Assembly (NCBI GenBank): GCA_965199495.1
Contig: CBDASK010000003.1
Location: 4,160,001-4,224,000 of the forward strand
Length of the DNA stretch: 64,000 bases
Origin: Abditibacterium sp.
Lineage (GTDB): Bacteria > Armatimonadota > Abditibacteriia > Abditibacteriales > Abditibacteriaceae
Direction: 5' to 3'
Positions within the stretch are counted from its first letter, which is position 1, and every line of letters begins with the position of its first letter. Below are positions 30,395 to 40,803 of the stretch, piece after piece. Made by a program: the position numbers and the translations under genes. The notes under the pieces are model-generated. The model ran no database searches and was not told the DNA's origin. It was given only the letters and a program-made list of their open reading frames with translations.

Positions 30395-30469
30395 TCGGGA
30401 CGACTGGATTCGAACCAGCGGCATCTTGCTCCCAAAGCAAGCACTCTGACCAAGCTGAGCTACGTCCCG
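30395..30469 (-). tRNA. tRNA-Pro(TGG)
   Basis: CGGGACG acceptor stem, CTTGC-TTTGGGA-GCAAG anticodon arm, GGTTCGAATCC. Confidence 0.94.
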
Positions 30470-30533
30470 TAAAAGCGAAAGCGCAGTATGACGGTTTTAT
30501 GGGTTCGCGTCAAGCCCCATTTAAACCGCTGGT

Positions 30534-31586
30534 TTAAGGGACGCGCGCCTGAGCTGCTTTAATCAAAGCGGCTTTGGCGAAAGCGCCCCAAAACGGCGTC
30601 GGGGCGTAATTCCAGTTTTGGATCGTGCGCGGCGAGGCGTCGGGGTGAAACGTCCAGCCCGTCCAACTCAGATTGTTGCTGTCGAGGTAGGCCAAAATTT
30701 TGGGCGCCCACTCTTGCGGCGCGATTTTGGCGTTTTGCATGTCTTTGGGATCGGCGCCGACTTCACCCACGAAAACCGGGTAAGTTTTGGCGATCTCGCC
30801 GACGTGCGGATCCCAATTTTCGGGCGCGCTGCCCTTCCACGGATAGATGTGCGAGCCGTAAACGATGCCGCCTCCGCCCCGGTCATCGAGCGCGGCGCCC
30901 TGAGAAATTTGGGACAAATCGTAGCCCCAATCCAAACCGCCCGCGATCACCAGATTGCGCGCGCCGCCCGCGCGAATCACGCCGACCAGCTTCTGCATTC
31001 CCGGCGTGTGGTAAACCAAGGGCCGCTCCTGGATCGTCTCCTGCACCGCGCCACCCTCTTTCCAGACCTCCCAAGAAACGTCGTGCGGCTCGTTGTATAA
31101 GTCGAACAAAACGGCGGGATTGTTGGCGTAATGCTGCGAAACCATCGCCCAGAAAATTTGCGAGAAATCGTCGGGCATTTTGTGCTGCCCGATGTTCGCC
31201 CCCATCTGACCGGCGTTCGACCAGTGCAAATCGAGCGCGACGTACGCGCCCTTTTCGCTGGCCAAGGTCACGACTTGATCCACCAATCGCCGGTAGGCCG
31301 CGCCGCCATCGTCTTGGCCGGGCGCTGTGCCCAGCCAGCGATCTTGGGCCAAGGGCAGACGAATCACGTTGGCGCGCCAATCGTCGCAGGCGACACGCAC
31401 CGATTCGAGAACGTGATCGCCTTCGTTGCTCCATTCCAGAGAAGGCACGTTGACGCCGGTCAAACGCACCGCGACTCCGGCCTCGTTCAAAATGCGATTG
31501 CCCGCAGTGTGCAACGCCAAAGGCGCGCCGTGCGCCATCAACGTCAGCATCCACAAAAGCGTCATAACACCCAGAAACTTGAGCAT
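30534..31586 (-). CDS. glycoside hydrolase family 5 (cellulase-like)
   Basis: Signal peptide; NVIRLPL, LDLH, LYNEPH (acid/base), HIY, VGEVG (nucleophile). Confidence 0.9.
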   Translation of the reverse strand: MLKFLGVMTLLWMLTLMAHGAPLALHTAGNRILNEAGVAVRLTGVNVPSLEWSNEGDHVLESVRVACDDWRANVIRLPLAQDRWLGTAPGQDDGGAAYRRLVDQVVTLASEKGAYVALDLHWSNAGQMGANIGQHKMPDDFSQIFWAMVSQHYANNPAVLFDLYNEPHDVSWEVWKEGGAVQETIQERPLVYHTPGMQKLVGVIRAGGARNLVIAGGLDWGYDLSQISQGAALDDRGGGGIVYGSHIYPWKGSAPENWDPHVGEIAKTYPVFVGEVGADPKDMQNAKIAPQEWAPKILAYLDSNNLSWTGWTFHPDASPRTIQNWNYAPTPFWGAFAKAALIKAAQARVP

Positions 31587-31605
31587 GATAAAAATTCGAG
31601 CCAAA

Positions 31606-32670
31606 TCAAACCGCAGAGTTTCCCGATGTTTCCTCGGCAAACACCACGCTCGCCTCGCCCTCGCTCGCCACAATTTCGCCCAGCTCGAACGCTTTCACTC
31701 CCTGTTCTTTCAGGTGCCCAATCGTAGCAGCCACGTCGCCTTGCTCCACGACCAATACCATGCCGATGCCCATATTGAACGTGGTAAACATCTCGCGTTC
31801 TTCGACGCTGCCCTCACTTTGAATCAAATCGAAAATCGGTGGCATGGGCCAACTGCCGCGTTTAATCTGCGCCACAACATTTTCGGGCAAAGCGCGCGGA
31901 ATGTTCTCGTAAAACCCGCCACCTGTAATATTGGCAATCGCCTTGACTTCGACGGCTTCGAGCAACGACAAAACCGGCTTCACATAAATCTGCGTCGGCG
32001 TCAAAAGCGTTTCTCCAATCGTCGCATCGCCCAACTTTTCGTTTTTGGAATCGTAACCCAATGGCTCCAACAAACGGCGCGCGAGCGAATAACCGTTCGA
32101 GTGCAAACCACTCGACGCCAAACCGATTAGGGCGTCGCCGACTTCGACATCGCGGCCATCAATGACGCGTGGCTTGTCCACGACGCCAACCGTAAACCCG
32201 GCCAAATCGTATTCGCCGTCGGAGTAAAAACCGGGCAGTTCCGCCGTTTCGCCGCCGATCAAAGCGGCGCCCGCGTCAATGCAACCGTCGGCGATACCTT
32301 TGACGACCGCTTCGGCCTGCGCGGGCGCCAATTTGCCGGTCGCGAAATAATCGAGGAAAAAGAGCGGACGCGCGCCCGAACAAATCAAATCGTTGACGCA
32401 CATCGCCACCAAATCGCGCCCGACTGAATCGTGCTTATTCAGCTCGAACGCGATTTTCAGTTTGGTGCCGACGCCATCGGTCGCCGAAACCAACAAAGGC
32501 TCGGAATACTGAGTGAAATCGTGTTGAAAGAGCGCGCCAAAGCTGCCCAGATTGGAGATAACTCCGTCGGTAAAAGTGCGCTTGGCGTGCGGTTTGATGC
32601 GCGCGACAACTTCGTTGCCAGCTTCAATAGAAACGCCGGAATCGGCGTAAGTTGCGGGAGAATTAGTCAT
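31606..32670 (-). CDS. purM: phosphoribosylformylglycinamidine cyclo-ligase
   Basis: TYADSGV, TDGVGTK, GGETAE.PG, SSGLHSNGYSL, TFNMGIG. Confidence 0.97.
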   Translation of the reverse strand: MTNSPATYADSGVSIEAGNEVVARIKPHAKRTFTDGVISNLGSFGALFQHDFTQYSEPLLVSATDGVGTKLKIAFELNKHDSVGRDLVAMCVNDLICSGARPLFFLDYFATGKLAPAQAEAVVKGIADGCIDAGAALIGGETAELPGFYSDGEYDLAGFTVGVVDKPRVIDGRDVEVGDALIGLASSGLHSNGYSLARRLLEPLGYDSKNEKLGDATIGETLLTPTQIYVKPVLSLLEAVEVKAIANITGGGFYENIPRALPENVVAQIKRGSWPMPPIFDLIQSEGSVEEREMFTTFNMGIGMVLVVEQGDVAATIGHLKEQGVKAFELGEIVASEGEASVVFAEETSGNSAV

Positions 32671-32694
32671 TTTACAGAGCATTTAAGTTTTCAT

Positions 32695-32842
32695 TTTCTC
32701 ACAAAGAACACAAAGTTCTCGCAAAGGATACAAAGGGAATTAAGCGATTAGAATCGAAAGATCAGGCACTTCTGTTTTCTCATTTATATTTGCTTCATTC
32801 TCTTTGTCTCCTTTGTGAGAACTTTGTGTTCTTTGTGAGAAA
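32695..32842. repeat. about 50-bp imperfect inverted repeat built from CACAAAG units
   Basis: TTTCTCACAAAGAACACAAAGTTCTC.. and its reverse complement ending at 32842, between purF and purM. Confidence 0.8.
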
Positions 32843-32851
32843 CTAAAACGC

Positions 32852-34429
32852 CTAAACGATCGCGATTTCGCGGGCCTCGGTTTCTTGCGGCGTTTCGATT
32901 TCGCCTTCTTTATTTAATCGGAAACCGCCTTCGCTTTCGGGGCCGGGGTCGCCGCTCTCGAAAATCAGTTTGGTGAATTTCACGTCGTGCGGAATGTCAA
33001 TCGGATACTCGCCGTCGAAACAGGCGCGGCAAAACTTGTCTTTGGGCGCTTCGACCGCTTCCATCAAATTCTCCATCGAAATATAGGCCAACGAATCGGC
33101 GCCGTTGTATTGGCGGATGCCCTCGACATCGCGCTGAAACGCGATCAAATCTTTGCGCGCGGCGGTGTCAATGCCATAAAAACACGGCCATTGATACGGC
33201 GGACTCGAAATGCGCAAGTGAACTTCGGTCGCGCCAGCGTCGCGGATCATCTGCACGATGCGTTTGGTCGTGGTGCCGCGCACAATCGAATCTTCGACGA
33301 CAACGACGCGTTTGCCCTTCAAAACATCATCCAATGGCGAAAGTTTCATGCGCACGCCCAGTTCGCGTTGGGTTTGGTCGGGCGCGATGAAAGTGCGTTG
33401 AATGTAGCGATTTTTGATCAAGCCTTCCTGATAGGGAATGCCGCTTCCGGTCGCGTAACCGATGGCGGCGGGCAAACCCGAATCGGGCACGCCGATGACG
33501 ACATCGGCTTCGCACGGCGCCTGTTTCGCGAGCATTTCTCCCATGCGGCGGCGCGTGGCATGAACGCCTTTGCCCATTAACTGTGAATCGGGCCGCGCCA
33601 AGTAAATGAACTCGAAAATGCACAGCGCCTCGCGCTTGGCGTGGCCGGGCGCGTCGCCCTTGAAGTGAACCGATTCGACGCCCTCGGCGCCAATGAACAA
33701 AATTTCGCCCGGCTCGACTTCGCGCACGAACTCGGCGCCGACTGGCCCCAATGCGCAAGTTTCCGACGCCACAACCCAGCCTTCGCCATCGGTCAGTTTG
33801 CCCAGACAAAGCGGGCGCAAACCGTTGGGATCGCGCATCGCGATGAGACCATCGCGCGTCATCATTACCAGAGAATAGGCGCCCGAAACGCGCTCCATCA
33901 TCTTAATCAGCGCTTCTTCCAATGGCAATTCGGCGCCCGCTTCGATGAGTTTGGCCAACACTTCGGTGTCCATCGTCGTCGCGAAGTGCGCGCCGTCGCG
34001 CTCCAACGCCTCGCGCAGTTCGCGCGCGTTGACCAAGTTGCCGTTGTGCGCGAGGGCCAAAACGCCGTCGCTGCTCTGGCAAATCATCGGCTGCGAGTTG
34101 CACGCCTGCGAACCGCCGGTCGTCGAATAGCGATTGTGGCCGACGGCGATGTCGCCGGGCAGAGCGACCAGATTTTCTTCGTTGAAAATTTGCGTGACCA
34201 AACCCATATCGCAGTGAACGCGGATTTTTTCGCCATCGGAAACCGCGATGCCCGCGCTTTCCTGACCGCGATGTTGCAGCGCGAAAATGCCGAAGAAGGT
34301 GCGCCGCGCCACATCCACGCCGGGCGCGTAGATGCCGAAAACGCCGCACTCTTCCTGCGGACGGTCGGTGTCGCGCAGTTCGTCGTAATCGCCGAGGAAA
34401 TCGGGGTTTTGAAATTCGGAAGTCGTCAT
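32852..34429 (-). CDS. purF: amidophosphoribosyltransferase
   Basis: EECGVFG propeptide/Cys1, LQHRGQE, AHNGNL, VEDSIVRGTT, Fe-S Cys residues. Confidence 0.97.
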   Translation of the reverse strand: MTTSEFQNPDFLGDYDELRDTDRPQEECGVFGIYAPGVDVARRTFFGIFALQHRGQESAGIAVSDGEKIRVHCDMGLVTQIFNEENLVALPGDIAVGHNRYSTTGGSQACNSQPMICQSSDGVLALAHNGNLVNARELREALERDGAHFATTMDTEVLAKLIEAGAELPLEEALIKMMERVSGAYSLVMMTRDGLIAMRDPNGLRPLCLGKLTDGEGWVVASETCALGPVGAEFVREVEPGEILFIGAEGVESVHFKGDAPGHAKREALCIFEFIYLARPDSQLMGKGVHATRRRMGEMLAKQAPCEADVVIGVPDSGLPAAIGYATGSGIPYQEGLIKNRYIQRTFIAPDQTQRELGVRMKLSPLDDVLKGKRVVVVEDSIVRGTTTKRIVQMIRDAGATEVHLRISSPPYQWPCFYGIDTAARKDLIAFQRDVEGIRQYNGADSLAYISMENLMEAVEAPKDKFCRACFDGEYPIDIPHDVKFTKLIFESGDPGPESEGGFRLNKEGEIETPQETEAREIAIV

Positions 34430-34600
34430 GGGGAAAGCGGGGTTGGAGGCGCGTGCGGACACATGAAAAACGGCCTCCGCAGGGTGAGCGGGGCCGTGAT
34501 GGATTTTTTGGGGTTGGAAGCGTGAGAACGCATGGCGGACAAACCTCCGGTTGCAAAGGAACGACTTTATTTTAACGCGAGATTAAGGTTTGGGGCAAGG
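34426..34600 (-). promoter_or_regulatory. purF leader: promoter-like site, uORF and terminator-like hairpin
   Basis: TTGCCC..TAAAAT; GGAGG then ATG at 34533; hairpin 34470-34497 followed by U5. Confidence 0.45.
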
Positions 34601-34605
34601 GCACG

Positions 34606-36330
34606 TTAATTCTCGTCTTGCGATTTTTTGTCGGTGGAACGGAGCGATACATCGCGCAAAACCAGATTTTTTTCCGGGCCGCTCCACACGCGCTGAAAAA
34701 GCTGGAAGTTGCCGCCAAACTTTCGGCTGCTCTCATCGGGCGGCGACAAAATCATCGTAATTCGATCTTTTTCGTGTCCTTTCTCTGCTGGATCGCCCTC
34801 GTCGAAAGTGCTGCTCGAATTGTCAATTACGCCTTTTTCGTCATAAAAAATTTGTCGCTTCAGTTGCATATCATCTTGCGCCAAATATGCGCCGGGCGCC
34901 AAATCGAATGTCAGCATCAATGCTGCGCCGCCCGAAAACCGTAGATCGTCCTTCAAACTTTCATCGTCAATCCAGATGATGCGGCGCAAATACCAAACGC
35001 CATCGAAAATTTCTTTCGGCCCAAATTCAATCATATCGTTGCGTTTGGGCAACGGCACGAGCGGCAAAACGTGCGCGCTTAGAATGGTGCGCGCACGTTG
35101 CGCAGTTACGGTTACATCGGCTTTATCGGTCAGATTTTCGGGGCGACGAAGCGAGAATGACGACGAGGTTTCGCTCGCGTCCGTCAGCGAATTATCCGTG
35201 TGAAATACGCTATGCCAACCCCACGTTGATCCAAACAAATCGCGTGGTTGCCCATCTTTTTGCAATAACGTCGCATCTTTAGCTTTGAACGTCCAGATTT
35301 GGCCATCGGGCGCGGGCGCCAAATCGCGTAGCCAGAGCCGGACTTGCGGTTTCCCCTCAGGCTCCGAATCCCGCATTTCCCAGCTCGCCTCGAACGATTC
35401 GTTGCGCGCTTTCACCGCAGTCACGGCGGGCTGGTGAACTGACAAAGGCGCCATTTTCCACAACGCCGCGACGGGAATCTCGAACGAGACGCGCTGCGAC
35501 GCATCGTTGGCGCGCCAGCGCCGCGTGCTTTCGATCAGCTCGAATGTATAAGCCACACTGCGCGCCTCGTTTGGCACGTTGAGCAATTCAATCTCGATTT
35601 CGCCATTTCTGTCGGCATCAATGGAGGAGGTTGTTTCTTCGCCGATATTTTTGCCGCCAGCGCCCAAGTAATTTGCACGCACGTTCTCAAAATTTGCCTT
35701 AACTTCAGGCGCGTCAGTCGGAGGTAAAAATTTCCAATAGGCGACTAACTTCGAGCCAAGGCCAAACTTTTTGCGCGTCAGTTTTTCCAAACGCAATTGC
35801 GAACCCCGCACGGTTTTAAATTCGATGGGAAGTTGAATGATCGTTTCTTCGCCGTCGTTAGAAGGAATCGGCGGCAACTCCGTTATCTGAAACTTGCGGT
35901 GAGACAAGGCGCGGCCCGTGGCTGCAATCGGGCGCGCGGGATCGCGAATCTCAAACTCGGCGCTCACGTTTTTCCATAACGGCGAAACTTCGCTTGAATA
36001 GAGCCGTTTGCCTTGATGGTCGGTGTTCAGCAATGGCGTCCCATCGGGTGCGAATAAGCTAATTAAATCCACCGATTTGTTGAGGGTTTCTGCGTCCCAT
36101 TTCCCCGTGGGCGCAGTGACATCGTAAGAGAAGTAAAAACTACCGTCGCCTCTGACTTCGCCAAATCCGGCGTCGGTGATTTGCAATTGCAGACCGTTCA
36201 CTTCGCGCGCGGGTGGCAACAGCGCGGCGACTTTGGAAATGGGCGCCGCTTCTTGCGCATGGGTGACGCCACAAAAAATGAACAAAGCACCTACCGCAAT
36301 GGCGGCGCGCGAAATAGGAAAAGAAAACAT
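34606..36330 (-). CDS. secreted hypothetical protein
   Basis: Long ORF with a signal peptide (..THA/Q) from ATG 36330. Confidence 0.7.
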   Translation of the reverse strand: MFSFPISRAAIAVGALFIFCGVTHAQEAAPISKVAALLPPAREVNGLQLQITDAGFGEVRGDGSFYFSYDVTAPTGKWDAETLNKSVDLISLFAPDGTPLLNTDHQGKRLYSSEVSPLWKNVSAEFEIRDPARPIAATGRALSHRKFQITELPPIPSNDGEETIIQLPIEFKTVRGSQLRLEKLTRKKFGLGSKLVAYWKFLPPTDAPEVKANFENVRANYLGAGGKNIGEETTSSIDADRNGEIEIELLNVPNEARSVAYTFELIESTRRWRANDASQRVSFEIPVAALWKMAPLSVHQPAVTAVKARNESFEASWEMRDSEPEGKPQVRLWLRDLAPAPDGQIWTFKAKDATLLQKDGQPRDLFGSTWGWHSVFHTDNSLTDASETSSSFSLRRPENLTDKADVTVTAQRARTILSAHVLPLVPLPKRNDMIEFGPKEIFDGVWYLRRIIWIDDESLKDDLRFSGGAALMLTFDLAPGAYLAQDDMQLKRQIFYDEKGVIDNSSSTFDEGDPAEKGHEKDRITMILSPPDESSRKFGGNFQLFQRVWSGPEKNLVLRDVSLRSTDKKSQDEN

Positions 36331-36358
36331 AGAGAAATATCGCTGACTATTGACACAA

Positions 36359-37039
36359 TTATTCGACGTCAGTTGCCGCGTATTCAACTTGCAAAAAGCC
36401 CAATCGCGCCGCGTCCTCAATCAACGTTTCACAATATGTCCGCAGAGCGGGCGCGCTTTCCAACGCGGGCAAATTTAGTTCGCGCACTTGATCGGTGCGA
36501 ATGCTATGTTCTTTCCATGCGCGCCCGCCCGTCGTGAAATTGAGCAGAATCGGTAGCAGCCGATCTAATCCGCGCACGAACTTCGCTTCGGGCGTTTGCA
36601 GCGACTCGAACTCGTCCCAACGCGCGCGAAATTGCGCGTTTTGATCTGCGGGCAATAATCCGAAAATTTCGTCCGCCGCCTGTTGTTCGCGCGCTTCTTG
36701 CGTTTCACGGCCCGCGTTGTCGTAAACGTAGGTGTCGCCCGCGCCGATTTCGGGCAAATCGTGCAATAGCGCCAATTCCAACGCGCGTTGCAAATCGAGA
36801 TTGCGCTCGCGCGCCAACGGCTCGAATAATAAGACAGCCACGGCGAGGTGCCACGAATGTTCGGCGCTGTTTTCGTGGCGCGAGCCGTCGGAAACAAAGG
36901 TGCGCCGCTCGATGTTTTTTAGCGCATCGGCGGCGATGATGAACTTCAGGCGGCGCGCTAAATCCTCGTTCTGCGCGGGCGGAAGCGGCGTCTTGTCGGG
37001 CGCCGTGGCTGCATCAGACGCGGAGTTGGTTGGATTCAT
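36359..37039 (-). CDS. HD-domain hydrolase (5'-deoxynucleotidase-like)
   Basis: ENSAEHSW, LLHDLPEI.AGD, DRL.P. Confidence 0.88.
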   Translation of the reverse strand: MNPTNSASDAATAPDKTPLPPAQNEDLARRLKFIIAADALKNIERRTFVSDGSRHENSAEHSWHLAVAVLLFEPLARERNLDLQRALELALLHDLPEIGAGDTYVYDNAGRETQEAREQQAADEIFGLLPADQNAQFRARWDEFESLQTPEAKFVRGLDRLLPILLNFTTGGRAWKEHSIRTDQVRELNLPALESAPALRTYCETLIEDAARLGFLQVEYAATDVE

Positions 37040-37109
37040 TGTCGAATTGTTTTGGATTTGCGGTTTTTTATTCAGAACGTAGAATCTCGTTGAAAGATGA
37101 AGCCCGATT

Positions 37110-39125
37110 TCACGGCGCGACCGTGTTGGGCAACGTCCGCGCCACAACCCACTGACAACTGTCGCTCAACACTTTTCCGTTCTGTGTCGCGCTGACTTCG
37201 ATGAGGTTCGCGCCGTTTTTTAGTTCAACTTTATCCCAGCGAAAGACTTTGACTTCGTCCGGTTTGGCGGTGCCAATGACGACGCCGTTGACTTTCAATT
37301 CGACTTGCGAAGCCGTCGAGAAAACCTTGATTTGCGTAATTGGACGCACGCGCGGCGTCATGCGGCGGGCGGCGATATAAATCATCGGTTCGGGATTCCA
37401 ATTGGCCTTGTAGAAGTAGAACGAATCTTTGCCGACGGCGCGGTCATCGGTCACCAAACCTTTATCGTTGATGTGCGGACGGTCGCCTTCGTCGCGGCCT
37501 TGCACGGCGAAATCGGACATATTCCACACGAAACTGCCCCAGATTTTTGGATTATTCTGGATCGCTGCCCAGGCTTCCTGGTGAACGAAAGTTTGCCATT
37601 CTTCGGGGTGAAATTCGCCGCGCGTTTCCACGGGCGCCAAGTCGCCTTCTTGATGCTGCACAACGCTGGCGCCCGCGCCATATTCGCTGAGCGCTATGGG
37701 TTTCCCGTCCATCTTTTGGGAATCGCCATCAATTGTTTTCGCGTAATCGCCGGGCTTGCCGCCATACCAACCCGGATACATATTGAAACCGATGACATCG
37801 GGCGCATGGTTGAGCGCCGTTAATTCGGAATGATTGGACGCGCCCGTCGTCGAGCGCGAACTATCCAACGTGTGCGCCAACTGATTCAAACTTTCGATGA
37901 GCGGAACTCCGTTCAAGTTCCCCTGTTCGTTGAACAAACCCCACACGAAAATCGAGGGATGATTGCCCGTTTGCTTGATCATTTCAGTCAACTGCAAACG
38001 CGCGTTTTCGGCGAAGTGTGGCGTTTGCTCGGTGGAGTTGACGAGAGGGATTTCTTCCCACAGCATCAAGCCGTCGCGGTCGGCGCCGTCGAGAAAAACG
38101 TGGCTTTGCGGATAGTGCGCCAGCCGCACCGCCGTCGCGCCAATTTCCTTAATCAATTGTAAATCGCGCTCATGGTCGGCGGGCGTTAGCGCCCAGCCTT
38201 TGCCCTTCCAATCCTGATGGCGATTGACGCCGTGAAGCGGATAGAGCGCACCGTTGAGCCGAAATTTGCCGTCGGCGCCAAACGCAACCGTGCGCACGCC
38301 CAACTTTTCTTCGACCGTGTCGGCAGCCACGGCGCCGACGCTGACCTGCACGCGATACAAATACGGATCGGTTTTGCCTTGCCACAAATGCGCGTTGGGA
38401 ATCGTCAACGTCTGCGCGACCGGCGTCGAAGCGTTGGCCGTGGCTGTCGCGTTGGCCATAGAATTGGCGACGCTTTTGTTGTTCGCATCGAGAATCGCAA
38501 CGCGAACCGGCACCTGAGCATTGGTTTTGCCGCCGTTAGAAAGCAGCGTTGTCACTTCGATTTGGGCGTTTGCGCCGTTCATTTTCTGCGCCAGAGAAAC
38601 GCCCGACGAACCGAAATCGAGCGGCGAAATGCAAACCGCGTCGGTCACGATCAGATGAACCGGGCGATAAATGCCACCATCGAAATTGAAATCCGCCGAA
38701 AGTGGCGCGATACCCTGATTGGAATTATCGGCGCGCACGCGCAGTTCGTTCTGGGCGCCGATTTTCAGATTCGGCGTGAGTTCAACGCAAAACGCCGTAA
38801 AGCCGCCTTCGTGGCGTGCGACTTTTTGGCCGTTGAGATAAACGTCGGCGCTCAGCGAAACCGCCTCGAAACGCGCGAAAACGCGTTTGTTGCGCCAACT
38901 CGCGGGCGCCTCGAAGGTTTTTGCATACCAACCCGCGCCGCGCCGATAGTTATCGGCATTCCACGTATGGGGAATCGTAACGGGCGCCCAGCTTTGATCA
39001 GCCACGTCGGGCGCGGCGTCTTCGTTGAGGAAGCGCCAGCCAGCGTTCCAATCGAGATTTTGGCGTTGCGCCTGCGCGGGAATTGTGACTAATAGAAGAG
39101 CGAGAAGAAGTAGATGTTTTTTCAT
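37110..39125 (-). CDS. glycoside hydrolase family 2 (beta-galactosidase-like)
   Basis: Signal peptide; GVNRHQD, RLAHYPQ, WGLFNE, SEYGAG, NDKGLV. Confidence 0.92.
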   Translation of the reverse strand: MKKHLLLLALLLVTIPAQAQRQNLDWNAGWRFLNEDAAPDVADQSWAPVTIPHTWNADNYRRGAGWYAKTFEAPASWRNKRVFARFEAVSLSADVYLNGQKVARHEGGFTAFCVELTPNLKIGAQNELRVRADNSNQGIAPLSADFNFDGGIYRPVHLIVTDAVCISPLDFGSSGVSLAQKMNGANAQIEVTTLLSNGGKTNAQVPVRVAILDANNKSVANSMANATATANASTPVAQTLTIPNAHLWQGKTDPYLYRVQVSVGAVAADTVEEKLGVRTVAFGADGKFRLNGALYPLHGVNRHQDWKGKGWALTPADHERDLQLIKEIGATAVRLAHYPQSHVFLDGADRDGLMLWEEIPLVNSTEQTPHFAENARLQLTEMIKQTGNHPSIFVWGLFNEQGNLNGVPLIESLNQLAHTLDSSRSTTGASNHSELTALNHAPDVIGFNMYPGWYGGKPGDYAKTIDGDSQKMDGKPIALSEYGAGASVVQHQEGDLAPVETRGEFHPEEWQTFVHQEAWAAIQNNPKIWGSFVWNMSDFAVQGRDEGDRPHINDKGLVTDDRAVGKDSFYFYKANWNPEPMIYIAARRMTPRVRPITQIKVFSTASQVELKVNGVVIGTAKPDEVKVFRWDKVELKNGANLIEVSATQNGKVLSDSCQWVVARTLPNTVAP

Positions 39126-39140
39126 ATTAAGGGTTGCTCT

Positions 39141-39237
39141 CGTAGAGACACCGATTTATCGCGTCTAAAACGTGGATGAACTCGTTGAGTCTGCAGCAAT
39201 TTCTACGTTTTACACACGATAAATCGGCGTCTCTACG
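39141..39237. repeat. REP doublet (GTAGAGAC..ATCGCGTCT type)
   Basis: CGTAGAGACACCGATTTATCGCGTCTAAAACGTGGA and a near-reverse-complement at 39202-39237. Confidence 0.75.
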
Positions 39238-39584
39238 GAGATTTAACTCCGAATTTCACCGGTTCTAACTTCGGCGACATCAACTGCAAACTCCGACGGC
39301 GGCGACATAAGCGAAGCCGCAAACCAAGACAATAAGTTGGGAGATGAAATGGGACAGGAATATTGTAACATCACCCAAGTTTTGAGAGTTGCACTAATTC
39401 GGGCGCGTTTTGCGACGCTCGAATTAGCTGTTTAAGACTTTTATTCGTTTTGCGGGGTTGACCTCTTGGCCCCAAATGGTAATCTTTTCCCCGGCGGAGA
39501 ACTTCTACTCTTCGCCTCTTACGCCTCTGGTGCTCGCAATTGTTTGAGCCACTCCCGGAGACCGCAAGCAAGCAAAGTGATTCT

Positions 39585-40703
39585 ATGGCTATCCGCATTT
39601 TTTCTTCGACCCCCAAATCAAACTCCGCCGATTGGACGCGCTCTTTCCGTCCCACGAGCGCCCAGCGCTGCGGCCAACTCACGATTTGGACGATGACCGC
39701 CTGTGCGCTGTTGTTGCCCGTGGCTTTCACCCAGAAAACCGAAGCCGAAACGGCCACGGCGCCCATCGTTTTGCCCTCGCAAAACGCGTCCCTCAACTCT
39801 CTCTCCACGCCGTTGCCGCCGGCTCCCGGCACCGTCGTTCCCGATAAAGCTCCTTTGAACGTGGCCGCGCCCCAAACGGCGACTTTGACCGCGATTGTTT
39901 CCGGCCAGACCCAGAGCGGAAACGTAACTCCCGAAAACGGCTTAACCGTCGGCGCGGCGTTGTCCCAATTGGGCATCACGCTGGCTTCGAGCGACAGAGC
40001 CACGCCCGATGCCTCCGAAACTTTTCGTTCTGGCATGACCGTGCGCGTGACGCGCGTTTCCATCAAAACCCAGACGCGCCGCGAATCCATCTCCGCCGAA
40101 GTGCGCTATCAACCCACGACCGCAATCAAAGCGGGCACCAGCCAAATTACCCAATATCCGCAGGCGGGCTACAAGGAAATCGTCGAGAAGGTTTGGACCA
40201 AAGACGGCAAAGAAACGCTGCGCAAAGAAATTTCTCGCAGCGTCGGGCGCGCGCCGCAACCCAAAATTATCGCGCTGGGCGTCACTTCGCGTTTCATGCC
40301 CGCCGCCATCGCGCCGCACAAGCGTTATGCTAACGCGCTTTCCTATCGCGGCGGCGGCCCGCGCGACCGTATGTTGGCTAATCGCGCCGAGGGCAAAAAG
40401 CCACTTTTGCGCGTCGCTCGCAAACTGACGATGCTCACCACCGGCTACAACGGCGCCGAAGCGGGCGGCGGCGGCGCGCGCACCGCGACCGGAATGCGCG
40501 TCGGCTATGGCGCCGTGGCTGTTGATCCGCGCGTGATTCCGCTCGGCTCCAAACTCTACATCGAAGGCTACGGCTATGGTTTCGCCTGCGATACCGGCGG
40601 CGCGATCAAGGGCAACCACATTGACCTCGCTTTCAATTCGGTGCGTCAGGCCAACGACCACGGTAAACAGCGCGGTGTCGCGGTTTACGTGTTGAGCGAT
40701 TAA
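39585..40703 (+). CDS. G5 + 3D domain cell-wall protein (YabE/Sps-like)
   Basis: TVGAALSQLGI DUF348-like segment, G5 region, TATG..VAVDPRVIPLGSKLYIEGYG..DTGGAIKGNHIDL. Confidence 0.88.
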   Translation: MAIRIFSSTPKSNSADWTRSFRPTSAQRCGQLTIWTMTACALLLPVAFTQKTEAETATAPIVLPSQNASLNSLSTPLPPAPGTVVPDKAPLNVAAPQTATLTAIVSGQTQSGNVTPENGLTVGAALSQLGITLASSDRATPDASETFRSGMTVRVTRVSIKTQTRRESISAEVRYQPTTAIKAGTSQITQYPQAGYKEIVEKVWTKDGKETLRKEISRSVGRAPQPKIIALGVTSRFMPAAIAPHKRYANALSYRGGGPRDRMLANRAEGKKPLLRVARKLTMLTTGYNGAEAGGGGARTATGMRVGYGAVAVDPRVIPLGSKLYIEGYGYGFACDTGGAIKGNHIDLAFNSVRQANDHGKQRGVAVYVLSD

Positions 40704-40803
40704 TCGTATAATCAGGTAAAATTAATGGGCACGCGGAGCAAATTTCCGCGTGCCCATCGTTTATTTTTGGCGCCTTTTTTGCAAAAGTCGCGTGGACTTT
40801 ATA

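Noticed and set aside
30137..30469. tRNA cluster as an island integration site; ORFs 30158..30379 and 30274..30537
   Set aside because: No integrase or duplicated tRNA 3' end was seen, and the ORFs simply overlap the tRNAs.
39440..39585. c-di-AMP (ydaO) riboswitch upstream of the G5/3D gene
   Set aside because: Expected for this gene family, but I could not find the conserved GCUGAAUCC/GGGGUGAAUC/CCGUCAGCUAA elements.
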